Shown here piece by piece: positions 24,501-37,800 of a stretch of 64,000 nucleotides of DNA (position 1 is its first letter; each line of letters begins with the position of its first letter). Origin of the DNA: Neoechinorhynchus agilis (Eukaryota > Animalia > Acanthocephala). Both the position numbers and the translations under genes were made by a program. The stretch lies in the NCBI GenBank assembly GCA_051530055.1, contig CM121341.1, positions 9,030,784 through 9,094,783 on the forward strand, written 5' to 3'. The notes beneath the pieces are model-generated. The model ran no database searches, was not told the origin of the DNA, and saw nothing but the letters and a program-made list of their open reading frames with translations.

Positions 24501-27500
24501 CGATAATCATGAACACTATCAAAAGGGATTTTTTCTTTAAAAAATCGATGGAGTTCAATGTCGACAGATGTATCAGCGAACGGTGCAAACGCATTCGCAA
24601 TCGCGACGGCAATAACACCGTCAATCGATTGATCGTCATTTCTCCAAATACCAATCAAATTAGCGATTGATTTCATAATAACCAATAACGGCACACTTTT
24701 CGTTGTTTTGTGAATCAAAGGAATACACTGGGATAAAATCTTCCACGTGCTATCGTTGCAATGAGTCTGAGGATCAATTAAGTTTCTTTGGATATCCGAA
24801 TAGGTAACTTCGTCAATAAATATCTCTTTCAAATCCGGATTAGTGACTTGAGCAACGGTCTCATAAACGACGTACTCATGGTCGATCGGCGGAAAAGAAT
24901 ATGCGTCAACTACATAAATGAATTGTTCGTTGGCGTCAGTTGTATCTACTACTTCTGAAGACGATACACGAATTTCTTGCATCTCTAAAGCGTTCAATGC
25001 TAATGTTATCAATAGAGACTTTCCTGTCTTCACACTTCCTCGTACGGCCACTTTTTTCGTTAGGACAATCGCTTCGCACAATGAATGAAGCAGTGAAGAA
25101 AACCTGTGGTTATCAATGCGTTTGAAACTAAGAAACTCTGAAATCATATTTGCGATTCTATTTTCGGTTTTCTCTAATATATAGCGATCTTTCATAAGAC
25201 AATATTCAAAGGTTTTAAAAGGTTGAGTCAATAAATTGTTTTTAAACACTTGGAAGTGTTTTGAAGAACATAAGTTTCCGAACTCAATTGCTCTCGTTTT
25301 AAAATGTCCAAATTCGATCCTTACAGGCCGTAATATACTTAAAAATCTGCTAGTATTAACGTGATTGAGTACCATAAGATTTGTTGGCACAGTGGTACGT
25401 TCAATTCCGAATATTACATTTCCCGCTTCACTTGCCTCAGAAATAACACAGAACCCATCGACCAAACCACATCCTCGCATTCTACATCGAGCACTTTTAA
25501 GACTGTCTTCACAACAATTAACATAAACCCTTCCACATAGTCGTGCCATTAATCTTATGATGAGACTCGTATATTCGTGATTGTTCAAAACACAACAACC
25601 ATATCCCATCGACCACGATTCTAATATAGTAGCGCATGTATACATGGCTTGATCAGTGAAAAGAATGCCTTCATAGTCGGAATTATCGCCATAATACTCG
25701 AAACGATAATCTAATACCATATCTCCACATTCAACCACAAATGAATCACGTAAGTAGTAATGCTTCAACAAACGATTAAATACAAATTCCCAATCTTGCT
25801 CTTTTTCTTGAAGAAGGAGGGATGTTGCACATTCTAAATTTGCTAATGACATTTCAAAAGATTGAAATTGTCTGAAATGTGAAAAAAGAACAACAAGCTT
25901 ATCTCTCATAGTAATCAATCCACTGCGGTTTTTATCTGCCACTAGTTTTTCCACTTCACATGTCCATATTGTTCTCATCGCAAGAGATAATCCTCGGGAA
26001 GTTAATCCGTCTAATTCAAACGACTCACAATCATTCCATATTTTACATAAAACGCTTAGATTATGCTTGAAATTGGTTCTTAAAGCCACCGATATTTCCT
26101 GTTCAACATTTCTTAGCAAGTCAAGATGTGTTGCATTTTCAACGACTTTTGGATTTAAGAATAACAGCTCTTCTCCTGTCTTGGAAACTATTCCCTTTAT
26201 ACTTCCATTTTGGTCAATGATAAGTTCTTTGGCTCCTTCAAACATCTGATCAATGAGCGGAACTTTATTTTCCTTTCCACTAATCCAATCTTTTACCTGT
26301 CCTAATGCTTCAATATAATCTCTAACCAATGAATAACGAGGAAATTGACCAATCAGAATCTCATAAGTTTCGATTTTAAAATTTGAATCATTTTTCTCGC
26401 TTATTTCCGTGAGTCGCTGGTCAATCATTGCGGAAACTGTAAATCGCGACATAGGAATATATTCAACGCCAACATCAGTGGTCGAATGCTCGATTTCGTT
26501 CTCTATAAGGTTATCGAAAGCAGCCACAATATCATCAAATACATCAGATATTGACTCTTTTATCGATACATTATTTGATTTGAGGATTTGGTTAAATAAA
26601 GTAATCCAAGCTTGAGCGTCGATTACCATCCTTAATTTTTTATTAAGCCCTATAACATTCTCCAAACTATCTATAATCATTTTACTGAATTCGTCATTAT
26701 TTGTGTCGTCAATAAACTTAACAATCAAATCCCTCTCTTTCTCCAACTCAGTTAAAACTTCATTTAAATTTAATAGTACTCGCCTGTCTTTATTTTCCGT
26801 GAATATCCGCTGAGAGTTTATCCTGTCTGTAATATCATTGGCTACTTTTTTAAATTCAATTTTCCTCGAGACCATTGCCAGTTTGCTTCTAACATATGAG
26901 AAATCAGTCGCGGAATGTCCATGTCTCCAAAGATCGCAATAACTAAAGTCATGGTTGAGAGAAAGATTTTCGCGTAGTAATCCAAAATGTTCATCCGATA
27001 GTCTCACTCGTTCTTCAGCAAGCCAATCTACCATTTCCAATGCGGATATCATATCATAACAACGATCCGCTACTGCTCTCATGCAGTCAGAAATTGAGGC
27101 ATTCTCATGTCCCATGTTTTCGGCTAAATTAGCAATTTCTTCAAATATGAATTTGAATTGAGAATTAGCTTGAGCCTTGGACCACACATACCATGGCTCA
27201 CGTTTGAGTTTCGTCTTTGGAAAACTAAGTTTGCAAATGACCTTCAGTAACCTCAACGCATTCATTCTATTCTTAAAGATTTCCAAAACGTTCTTGATAT
27301 CAAAATTTATTTTGATTCCGGATGATAAATCGAGGCTCAGCTGTCTCGCATAAACTGCGTTTGAGCATATTTCTCTTATTGTTTTTTCGTATTGCTTAAG
27401 CTGAGTATAAGTAAATTGATCGAGATCCATTGGCAAAGTGATATGCGTTCGTAAACATCGATCTATTTCATCGTTCAATAGATTGTATTCATATCTGAGG

Positions 27501-30500
27501 AAACGCATATACCGACTGATTCGTTTATTGATTTCATTCGCTTGATCGACGATAGCACCACGATTGATTTTCTCAACTGTTTGAGCTACGTACTGAATCC
27601 TGTCGTTTAGTTTGTCAAGTTCATACGCTGCGTTGATTTCGCTTTTAGTCAAATCACAGGCGTTCTTCATTTCAGAAATGATTACACTAATTGATTCAAA
27701 TTCCGAATGATATTGCAGAAGAGGAATGACTTCGATCAGAGTGTACAAGTCATGAACTTCATCCTGTACAAATCTATTAGCGGCCTGTTTTAGTCTATGT
27801 ATCCAATTCTCAGCATCCGACAATAAGGGGATTGAAATCTTTGTAAGAATAGAAGGTAGACTGTGATATAACGGCTCACATTTTTTTAAGTACGCTGAAT
27901 AAAAATCTTTTGTATCGAATGTAATGGAAAATGGCGGATATGATCGATTGCGAACGATCGTTTGTCGTTCTCTGATAAACTCATTGATCACTAGATTGTA
28001 CCTTCTTAAAAGAGACACATTGTCCGTGTTAGGCGACTCAATCGAACGTAGGTATCCTAGTGATCTTTTAGATAAAAAATCAGACAATGGAAGCAATTCT
28101 GAAGATAAGCAAACACACAAGTCAACCGCGACTTCTTCAAGTACACGAAGTACTCCAGAAACTTGTTTGTGGATTGCGAAATCACTTACGTATGAATAAA
28201 ACACTTTTTTATTCAGTTTTCCACCTGAAGATTCAAAACATTGTCCAATCGAGATGCAAGATTGATGTTGCCACCGAGGTATTTGAGAGAGACCGTCAAG
28301 GAAAACTCTGGCAATAAATGTTACAGCTTTAAACACACCATGAAATAAACTTGATTTGATAAGTTCATCGTTTAGAATCTCTTTCTCAACATTAATTACT
28401 ACAAAAGGTTTTGAGGATTTTAATTCTCTCACTAGGTTATAAACATTCCTTTCAAAAAGTTCGATTAAGGTCCTAAGGAATCTCTTCTCCACCTCAACAT
28501 ATAACAATGTCATTTTCTCATGCTTACCTGTTTTTGTCTTGAATATTTCCCATTCAAGTCTAAGCATCTGTGAGCTAATTGCATCCAAATACCAAGCTAA
28601 ACGACCGGACAAGGCGTCCATTTGAGTTTTGAGCGATAACGTGAACTCAGTGAGCGTTAAAACACGTGATTGTGAAAAGGTCAATCTTAATTCTCTGGCT
28701 TCCGTCAAAATATTTTCGATCAAGCTTTCATTAGATCTCCAAAATTCCAATAATTGTCGAAGCCGATCAAAAGACGGATTCAATCGGTCAGATAAAAATT
28801 CTTTACAATTCCACAGGCAGCATTGTTTGCTCCCAACGAGCAGGCAATCATCCAATTCTCGAAGTTCATTTTCCAAAATAGGCACTAAATACCTCTTCAA
28901 GGACATGTGACACTCGTCCCTGTATCGGACTATATTCTGAATATCCTTTAGAATTGATTGAAGAATCGAGTAGTCCATGAGTGGTGGTAGGTTGTTCCTT
29001 AAAATGCTAAGGCCATCAATAGCCGATTGGTTTACACTAAATATAAAGTGACGAAGAACTTGAGTTTCTTGAGTGATACCCATAACTTTTATCAGCCTCT
29101 CAAACATACAGAACCGCTTAAACACTTTTGTACGTTCATTATTAAACGCTGATTCAATTTTGGAGATCCTATTTGCCATTAATTGAATGTACTTTAATAG
29201 ACCAGTAAATATAGACGTCTCAGAAACGATTATTTCAAAGTTCTTGATGCTCGTTAATAGATTCCCAGATGAACACAGTGAACTTTCTCCCATCTCTTGC
29301 ATGAATTGCAAGAAGAGAATAATCAGGCTCGCCTGTAAGGATCCAAAATCAATTGCACGATCAAAACGTCGTACAATCGATTTAACTTCTAAAATGGCAG
29401 TAAGTATCCTTGGTTGTAAAGCGTCAGTTTTCATTCAAATTAAAGGACAAAGTAAACTGAGGTGCAAATAAAGAACATAAGTACGGATTAATCAACGATA
29501 AAAAAATTAAATTTATTTGCGGACTTGGGTTAATTTAAAAGGTTCTTTGCAATTAAAATATTTAACCCTTTTTTCCTCAAAAAAACTGAAGTCATATTGG
29601 ATACTTTGATTCACACTTAAAAATCACCCAATCGTTAAAACTAGCATTCATTAGACTTAAAGCTTCTTTGGTTTCTCGTCTTAACAGTTTCCACTCCTTT
29701 AACTGTTCGTTAGATTGTGCAATCTTCTTATCAAAAATTCTATATAACTCCATAATTACAGCCAAAGGAGTATCGTGTTTTCTATACTCTACAACATGTT
29801 GCGCCCACTCACTGTTAAGCTCAAGAACATGTCGATTTCTTATTAATAAAGTGAGTATCTGCTGCTGAACATCGAGCACGGCTATCTCCTGCCTATAAAA
29901 TATGTCATCAATCGCATTCGAGATCGGAACAATTCGATTTTCAGTATATATCCGCCCCTTGCACAACATAAGTGCATCCATCCATTTCGCAGCCTGAATT
30001 TTTCCAATCTTAACCCTCGTCCAATTTTTTAAAGCGTCGACCATTAATAAAAATGGAGTCGCCACTTTAGGTCTATCTATTAGAAGACTAAAGAAGTAAG
30101 TGAACATAAGTCTAGTCTGAGAAACATCGTATCCAAATACCGTATCTGACAATACAATCGCATCCAGAAATAAAGATAAAAAAGATTTGCTTAATCTAAC
30201 AGCATCTTTTGAGCTAGCTACCAATTTCACCTTACGCAAAATTTCCAAATTATCCATTTGTTTAGAATATTGCTTATGTGCAACGCTAACCAGTGAAGCA
30301 AGGCGCTGATTCATTGGACTGTTATCCGAATTGTTCATAATCTCCGACATCCAAGTATCCGCTATATTGAGCGTTTTCTCAAATAAATAAGCAGTTGTTG
30401 TGAGTCGATCTACTAGATCATTGGATTCAGGTACATAATTTAGGACTTTAGTGAGAAGAATAAATAGAAATTCAGTTCGACTTTGAACAAGTTTTAGTTT

Positions 30501-31277
30501 ACTTAAGACATCTGTTAGATTTATTTCAGGATGGTTCAAATCCGCGTTAAATGGAACATCGTTCACTAGTGCTTTTAAAAGTGAATTTAAATGAGTGAGT
30601 GGAAGATGTCCAAATGTGATTTGAGATTCAATCGGGAATCTTGGAGAAATATCTCCGAACGTCTGTCTACTTACTAAGAGGACATAATCGCCAATATTTC
30701 CTTCCAATGCATTTCTATGAAATTTCAGAACGGGTAACTTCTGTTCGAATAATCTGTATTTCAAGGTTACCGTATTTTCATCCGATTCATCCTTTTCATT
30801 TTTTTCATGAATTATACGTAAAGCTTTTTCGAAATTATTTATTATACCATCTTCATTATATGAATTCTTATCAAGAAGCTCAAGTACACACGCCAGTAAT
30901 TCCGGTGAAATATTCTCTAACTTTAGTAAAAATCTTCCTAGACGAGTACCTGCTTCGATAACCACATCCGGATTAATTACATGCCTTAATGCCACTTTTA
31001 CGCTTTCCTTTGCTCCATAAGATACAAGGAAACAAAATATATCATCATTAAGAATATTCACGGAACCAGCGAACTTCTCGATGATACTACAAGCATCAGT
31101 TCTCAGCCAGAACTCACAAAATTTCTCGATTTTTAAATCAAGCATAGCGCAGATCCTTTGTGTAATGAACTCAATTAAAGGCTCATCAAGCATCTGCAGC
31201 TTTTGAATAACGTACAATGATGCATCGACAGAAGTCGTGCTCGATAGATTTCCAGTCTTGCTTACTGAATTTTTCAT
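18560..31277 (-). CDS. Dynein heavy chain-like protein, highly divergent, ~3900-4000 aa, two predicted introns (~29404-29605, ~21244-21750)
   Basis: Tail segment (PRILTAILEVK), linker, degenerate AAA1-4, stalk/MTBD (LEKLKNEHIAEMSSFPDPAKAV), post-stalk EWTVNGLP and C-terminal PVY occur in order across three ORFs. Start Met is approximate. Confidence 0.85.
29404..29605 (-). other. Candidate AG...AC intron of the dynein gene
   Basis: AAGTATCC...GGATACTT inverted ends and in-frame join. Alternative AG-AC end at 29416. The GT-AG option 29457-29604 leaves an in-frame TGA. Confidence 0.45.
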
Positions 31278-32290
31278 GATCCTGAACGCAGAAAAGAACG
31301 AATGAACAATTCGGTCCAAACATTATTGCTTAGCAACCTTCTTCGCTTTAGTCATTGAGAAAATAAAATTTTGGTTTTACGAATTCTGATCAACCTAATT
31401 TAATCGCAATTATTTGCTAATTTAAATCGTTGCCTTTCAGTCTCTTTTCGGTGAGAGTAGAATCGAATTCGGATAAAGCCATCATAAGTAAAAATCTACG
31501 CCGAGGACACTCATAGCCAATTAGTTTGTTGCCCTATTATCAAATCAAATAAATTGTGGACGCATGGGCTAAAAAATCTCCAGAGATAGACCAAAAACCA
31601 TCATTTTCAATGAAGAAACTTTTTGGGTATTTTGTCGTCCTTGTTCATTTTTTCAAGATTATTATTTGAAATTTCGTTTTCACTGAACCATCTTCGAATC
31701 CATCGAATGTTCATGTGATTCGACTATCTTTTCCTCTTTTACCATCTCCACTGCGAATTTCCGGAATTCATAGGAGAAGAGAAAAATAACGAGAGCGAGA
31801 AGGACATAGAGCTTCATTGAGTTTTCGATGACTGAATCAAGTAAGCCATCTTGTACTAACGTTGGCTTTGTGAACAAAAGACCGAGAGGGTTGATCAAAA
31901 GCACGTTTAAACAATATTTGAGGAAGCGCCACAAACGAAGGTCCACAGAACCATTTTCGAGAAAAACGGTGAAATAATATTAGTCGATTTATCGAAAAAT
32001 CGATTTTATTGTATCAACTTATACTCATCTTAATCACAAACAACTACCGAATATACCTTTACAAATTATGTAACATTCTCAAACGAAATAGGGATTCTTA
32101 TAATAATAACACGTTTTATTTGTTAATGCACAAAGAAAAGGAGGGGCCTCACAAACACTTGTGTACTGGTTGGAAAATGAAGCTGGCGATCGATTTGAGA
32201 GTGGAGTTCGGGTGGGTGGCAATATCCGGTCGGATTGGAAGATCTGTCATGGTGGGAATTAGTGGTTATTGTTTGCAGGAGCGCTTGTAA

Positions 32291-34680
32291 GGTTGGTCTT
32301 TCCTCGGGTTCATTTCAAGTTATGATACTCGAAAGGATTAAGCAGCATGGAAAAAGGAGCGTAGGTATAGGAAGGTGCGAGATAGAAAGAGAATGAAACG
32401 AATTGGGATTGTCAGTGTTGGGGCAAAAACAGTTGTGTAAATTTTAGATGCTCTTTTATGAAGAACTTCAAGACGGCGGATTTGAGATTTGGATAGGTTG
32501 CAAAGGACGGGATAACCATAGGTGAGGAACGGTAAAATAAAGCTGAAATAAAATCTGGAGAGATCGGGTGAAAGAATTCCTAAATATCGGAGGCGTTTGA
32601 AGAGGTAGAATTTAAAGGTATTTTCATTTAAAGGGAAAGTGTAATGTGCGAGTCCCATTTCAATTTTGATTGAAATTGAAGACCCACAATTCGGAGGGAG
32701 GTGACTCGTTGGATGTCATTTAGAAGCCCAGACGAGGATGTCGGATTTACGGAGAATGAAGGGATCATATCGAAGCATTTAGAGAAATTCGGTGGATTTT
32801 GTGATTGGTGCAGAGGTTTTGATGAAAGGTAAGACATAAAAATTACACTACAAGTTCAAAAGAGCTTCATCCAGAATTTTAAAAGGAAGGATTTTAGTTA
32901 AAAAAGAATGAGCATTTTAAAATCGGTGCCATAGGAGAAAATTCGGTATGTAGCTATAATGTTGCTGAATTAACTGGCAGCAGGATCGGATTTCAATTTA
33001 AACAGACGGTGGATCTTAAACATTCAGGTTTCCCGAATCGATGTAAAAACGAACATTTCTAAGTGAAATGAACAGCTTCTTAAATTTAATGATCGGGAAG
33101 TAGCTATAATGTTGCTGAATTCACTGGCAGCAGGATCGGATTTGAATTTAGGTTCAAAATATCCCGATATTTCGGACGCTAACGTTTTGTGGCAAAAAAT
33201 GTTGAAGATATACCGATATTTCGGATGCTAGCGCGTGACTCGAAGGATGCCATCTAGAAGCTCAGGGGAGAATGTTGGGTTGCGGGAGAGAGGGGACCAT
33301 TTCGAAGCATTTAGGGAAATTCCGGTGGATTTTGCGATTAGTGCAGAAATCTTTGATATGGATGATTTCGTTAGAGGTTAAAGAAAGGAAGAGGAGGAGT
33401 GATGAATGGGTGATGAGGGTGATATCGTCGACGTTTAAGAAGAGTTTAGAGTGAGAGGAAAGAGGTTTGAAGTCGTTAAGGAAAATATTAAAGAGAAATT
33501 GGTGATAGCACAGCATCTTGAGGTACGCCTTTGGTGAGGGATAGGCTGACAGAAGAGGTAGAACGGCACTGAATGTATTGTTTGCGATTGTGAAGATTAG
33601 ATTCGAGCCAGCGGATCTGCCACGAGTTGAGACCAAAATCGGAGCGGGCCCGGAGAAGGAGCGAATGGTCCACTGAGTCGAAAGCTTTCGATAAATAAAG
33701 TTGATTGAGACGGGTGACGTGGGCGGGAATATTGTCGAGGTTACGTAGAAGCGTGTCACAAATGCAAAATAGGGCATCGGTTGCAGAAAATTTGTGCCGG
33801 AAGCCGAGAGAAGTGAAAGGCGAGATTTAAAACATTTTTCGATGATTTTTGAAAGAGCGCTCAGAATGGAAATTGGACGGAATGATTCGATCGAAATAGG
33901 ATGTCCTTTTGTTTAATAAGGATAACTTTAGCAGTTTTCAGGTATGAGGGGTAGATGACATATAAAAAGCTACGATTTATAATATGGGTAAGAGAGTCGA
34001 TGGGTTCGGAGATGAAGCAGCGAAGAGCCCAGTTTGAGATTTTCGAAGTGAGAGGACGAACTTCGAGGAAATTTCTTAAAATGTTGCAAGACTTCGTATG
34101 ACGAAACTGAATATTAAAGAGTTGATAGAAGTTTCAGTTGTGGGAACGAACTATTATGTGGAGTCTGATGTAGAGCAATGATTGCGATTGGAGTCAGGGC
34201 AGAGGTTCTGATTGATGGAGTCTAGAAGCTGTTCTAGTTCAGTGGAAGATAAATTAGGGAAGGGATCCGGGTGGTGTAGACCATCGTTGAATTGTTACTT
34301 GAACGAATTTTGCAAGAAAGTTTTTGCGGGCAGCGATTATTTTGTTAGTTCGAGCTATTTGTTAACGGGGAAAATCTGGAGAGTTATTTCGATGGCCCTT
34401 AGAAGTTTGATTTTGAAGAAGTTTCAAAATGGGGTTATCCATGGTGGGTTATTGTCGAAGTTAGGGAATTTTTATGATTGAAGTTAGGGAGGGCATGGCC
34501 AAGGAAGGGTCATTTATGTTGCCAGAGTGGGGTGTGCGAATATTAGAGTTGAACAATTTTATAAAATTGTGGATGTGATGATCCCGTTTATCCCAGATGG
34601 GTAAAAGGAAAGATTTTAAACGCTGAGGAGGGGTGGATTGAGTAATAGGGGCAGAAGAGTGGTCATAGTTCGCGGGGGAG
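32291..34680 (-). pseudogene. Degraded LINE ORF2 (APE endonuclease plus RT), interrupted at ~32820-33260
   Basis: FRPISILSALSKIIEK (~33840-33882), GVPQDAVLSP, degenerate YADD (NVDDITLI), many stops and frameshifts. Confidence 0.85.
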
Positions 34681-34897
34681 GCACCGACTGAAATCCCTTT
34701 ACGTCTCCCTCATTTTTTAATAAATGCGAAAAAAGAATGCATATCATCCAACTTGGAAATTTTTTCACCAGTCTAGGCATCCATGATCATTGTATTGATA
34801 AATATTTCACTGTAACACGCTGACCAAAATCGATCAAATTTTCAAAATATTAAAATGAACATATATATACTATTTCGCTATTTTTTACATATCACTT

Positions 34898-37800
34898 CTA
34901 TATTTCTGGAATCAGCAGTTCACCATTCCTGACTTGCAAATACAAATTCGAGTTCTCATCAAAAATGTCTCCTTTGACTATGTTAAATCCGAGAAGAAGT
35001 TTATGAAGAATTTTTAAAGCACGGTCGCCGTCTTCCTTTAGCCAACTAGTGAACGCTTCATCTAATCCGTGAGTGGAAATCGCATCATCCGTCGGAAGAT
35101 CTGCAAGAAGACCAAGCTGCCTGGCAAGATTAAAGAACGTTTCTGGGTCAAAAATCGGCATGAAATAAAGTTCCAGAAATTCTTTGCTGTATTCACATTG
35201 TTGCCAATCAATTTCTGCCACAGACAACATAAAGTCATGGCCGGTGTGTCGAGACAGAATGTAGAGTGTAATGAAACGCATATCTAAAATACAAATTTGA
35301 AATATTGTAAATATTTATGGCACAAATAAAGGAGATAATAAAAGTTGGAGTTTCACACTTTAAACTATTTATGTTTGTTCATTTATGCGAAGAAATAGTG
35401 TAAAAATTGCTCAAAGGTTTACTTCCACATACAACTCAAACAAGGAAACATATTCTGAAATGGAAACGATCTATGCTAAGTAGATAACGTCGGGCAATTC
35501 AATGGATTGTTCCGTACAAGGTCTGTCACAGTCAAAATCATGGTTTTCATCCCGATCAATATATTCATTTAGAAGAATACTATCAAGGCTCTGTCTTATT
35601 TTATCCACTTCGCTATCTCTCAATCGATAGTGAACCTTGTCCACGGGATCATCGGATATATATTCTCGTTTTGCCAAGCAGCAATCGTCCTAAAATGATG
35701 GGTAAATTCGGGAAAGATTGAACTAAGTGTGGATTTATGAGAATGTTTGTTTTTAAAGATCGTATCGAATGTCATACGTATAATCTCAAGCATAGAAATA
35801 GCAGTTCGAAGGCGAGGACGACCTAAAAACCGTTCGAAAGATTGGATGTGAAGGGAAAAGCTTAAAGAAAGTGTGTGTTTGATGGAATGTGATACGTAGC
35901 ATTGACTGACTAAAATAGTAATATTAAGGATTGCATTCTGGTGGTGGTTGGATATAAAGGGCGCTAATCGAGAAAAACAGTTGATAGAGATTGCGTTAAA
36001 GAGATGAATCATTTTATCAATTGTTAAACGTCTTAAACGCAATTCCTCTCGGGTGTTGACAAGCGACCTCCTGTCATCGATTAAAAGAACTATAAAACAT
36101 TTAATATCCAGTACGTCCATAGGGCAACTTTCACGGTTATATATTTGAAGGGTTCTTGTCAGCCTTCATAAGATGTTGTGAAGGAATGCGGGAGAGAAGA
36201 CTAAACGAATTAAGATACGGAGGATTGAACTAACTGATTTACATTGTGTATTGTTTGTATACATCCTAATAAAATAAACAAAAGAAGGGTTCTTGTGTGC
36301 ATCATGATTTACTGGCGATTTGTGTGAGATTTACGTTCGCAGCGCATAAATTTAAAGTGAGTTGTGAGCAGCAACTAGTAACTCACGTCGAAGAGCGCTT
36401 TAGCGACTCTAGCCAAATTGACAACTTCGGTAGATCCCGTTGGACAACATTCACAACGAAGATGAGGCATTCCTAGAAGATAGAGCGCTTTGTAGGTATC
36501 CAATCTGATAACTCCTTTAGTTCGAATCTTATAATACGTTTGAAATGCTTTTAACACATTTACATAAAACCTTGCCCAATATGGAAATGGTCGTTTCAAT
36601 CGAGATAATTCATTCCTGAGGTAATCAGCGAGATCATTGCTATTTTTAGTGAAAACAATAACATTGGTCATTGTCTTGAGTCCTCCTTTATTTCTGAGCC
36701 ATGTCCAGAATGCATCAAATACTATCGAGAATTTGGGGGCAGTTTCGACCTGGGTCTTGCAAGTTTGGAATAAGTTTTTTTAAATTCAAGTTCAACTAAA
36801 ATACCTGGCTAATTTTTGTGATCGCTTTGGTTAGATTTGAAATTTTGCGTTCAATAGAGGGGCATGCATATGAGCCGAAACTGGATACCTGAGAAAAAAC
36901 GAGGTTAATTCTTTATTCATGTGAATAAGCTTACGTATTCGAAATTCGAGGACCTGAGCATAAGTGCATCGAATCGAATGATTTCTTGTTTTTCAATACT
37001 TCCTTCGACGATATAATCTGACAAATTAAGGATGCTCGTAATGCTCCAAATTTTACGCCGCGGCTCCATATCAATCATGTCATCGAGTGATTTGAATGCA
37101 GGCGATGCAAAGTATTTGCCAATATTGCCCCGTTCGGGTATGTTGCATTGGACGTTAACAAATACATAGAAATCTATTTTGTTCGCAACATTTGGATATT
37201 CATTCTGACTGAATTGATAAGCGGGATTTGGTAGTCGTTGTCGGTTGTGGATTTTCGTTAAAAATTGTTTAAGTCGTTTTCGAATGATCGCCTCTTCACC
37301 TCTTACAATTTTAAATGAGAACGTATAAAATCCGTATAACGAAAATCATTTCTCTTACCTCGTATTTAGTTTACAGTATTTAAGCAATTGATGTATTTTC
37401 TCTAATGAATGCAGTCTCTAGGACGTATAAGAAACCGAAATGATATATTTTTTAAAGAAATGTGGCTAAAACCGAAACTCTTGGTTGAATAATAACTTTT
37501 AGTCTATGTTTAAAAACGCTTTTAGGTCTTGTTGTACGGCATCAATTCGTAAAGATCCTATAAAGTGTTGCTGACAACCTTTTCTGGATTTTCATCGTCA
37601 GAGAAAATCCTTCGGGCTAATAAAAGTACTCGAAAACAATGACTGAGGATGTGAGGTTACTTCGTTCGAAATATTTCCTCAATAAATCAAATATGTAATG
37701 AATGGTTGATTATTTTCACCAAAAAAAGTATACTTTCTGGGTTTTAATCGTCAGAGAAAATCCTTAGGGTTAAAGTATACTTTTAGTGTACTCGAATTTC

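Noticed and set aside
31680-31946. Small membrane-protein ORF upstream of dynein
   Set aside because: The hydrophobic stretch is suggestive, but there is no homology, clear start or splice support.
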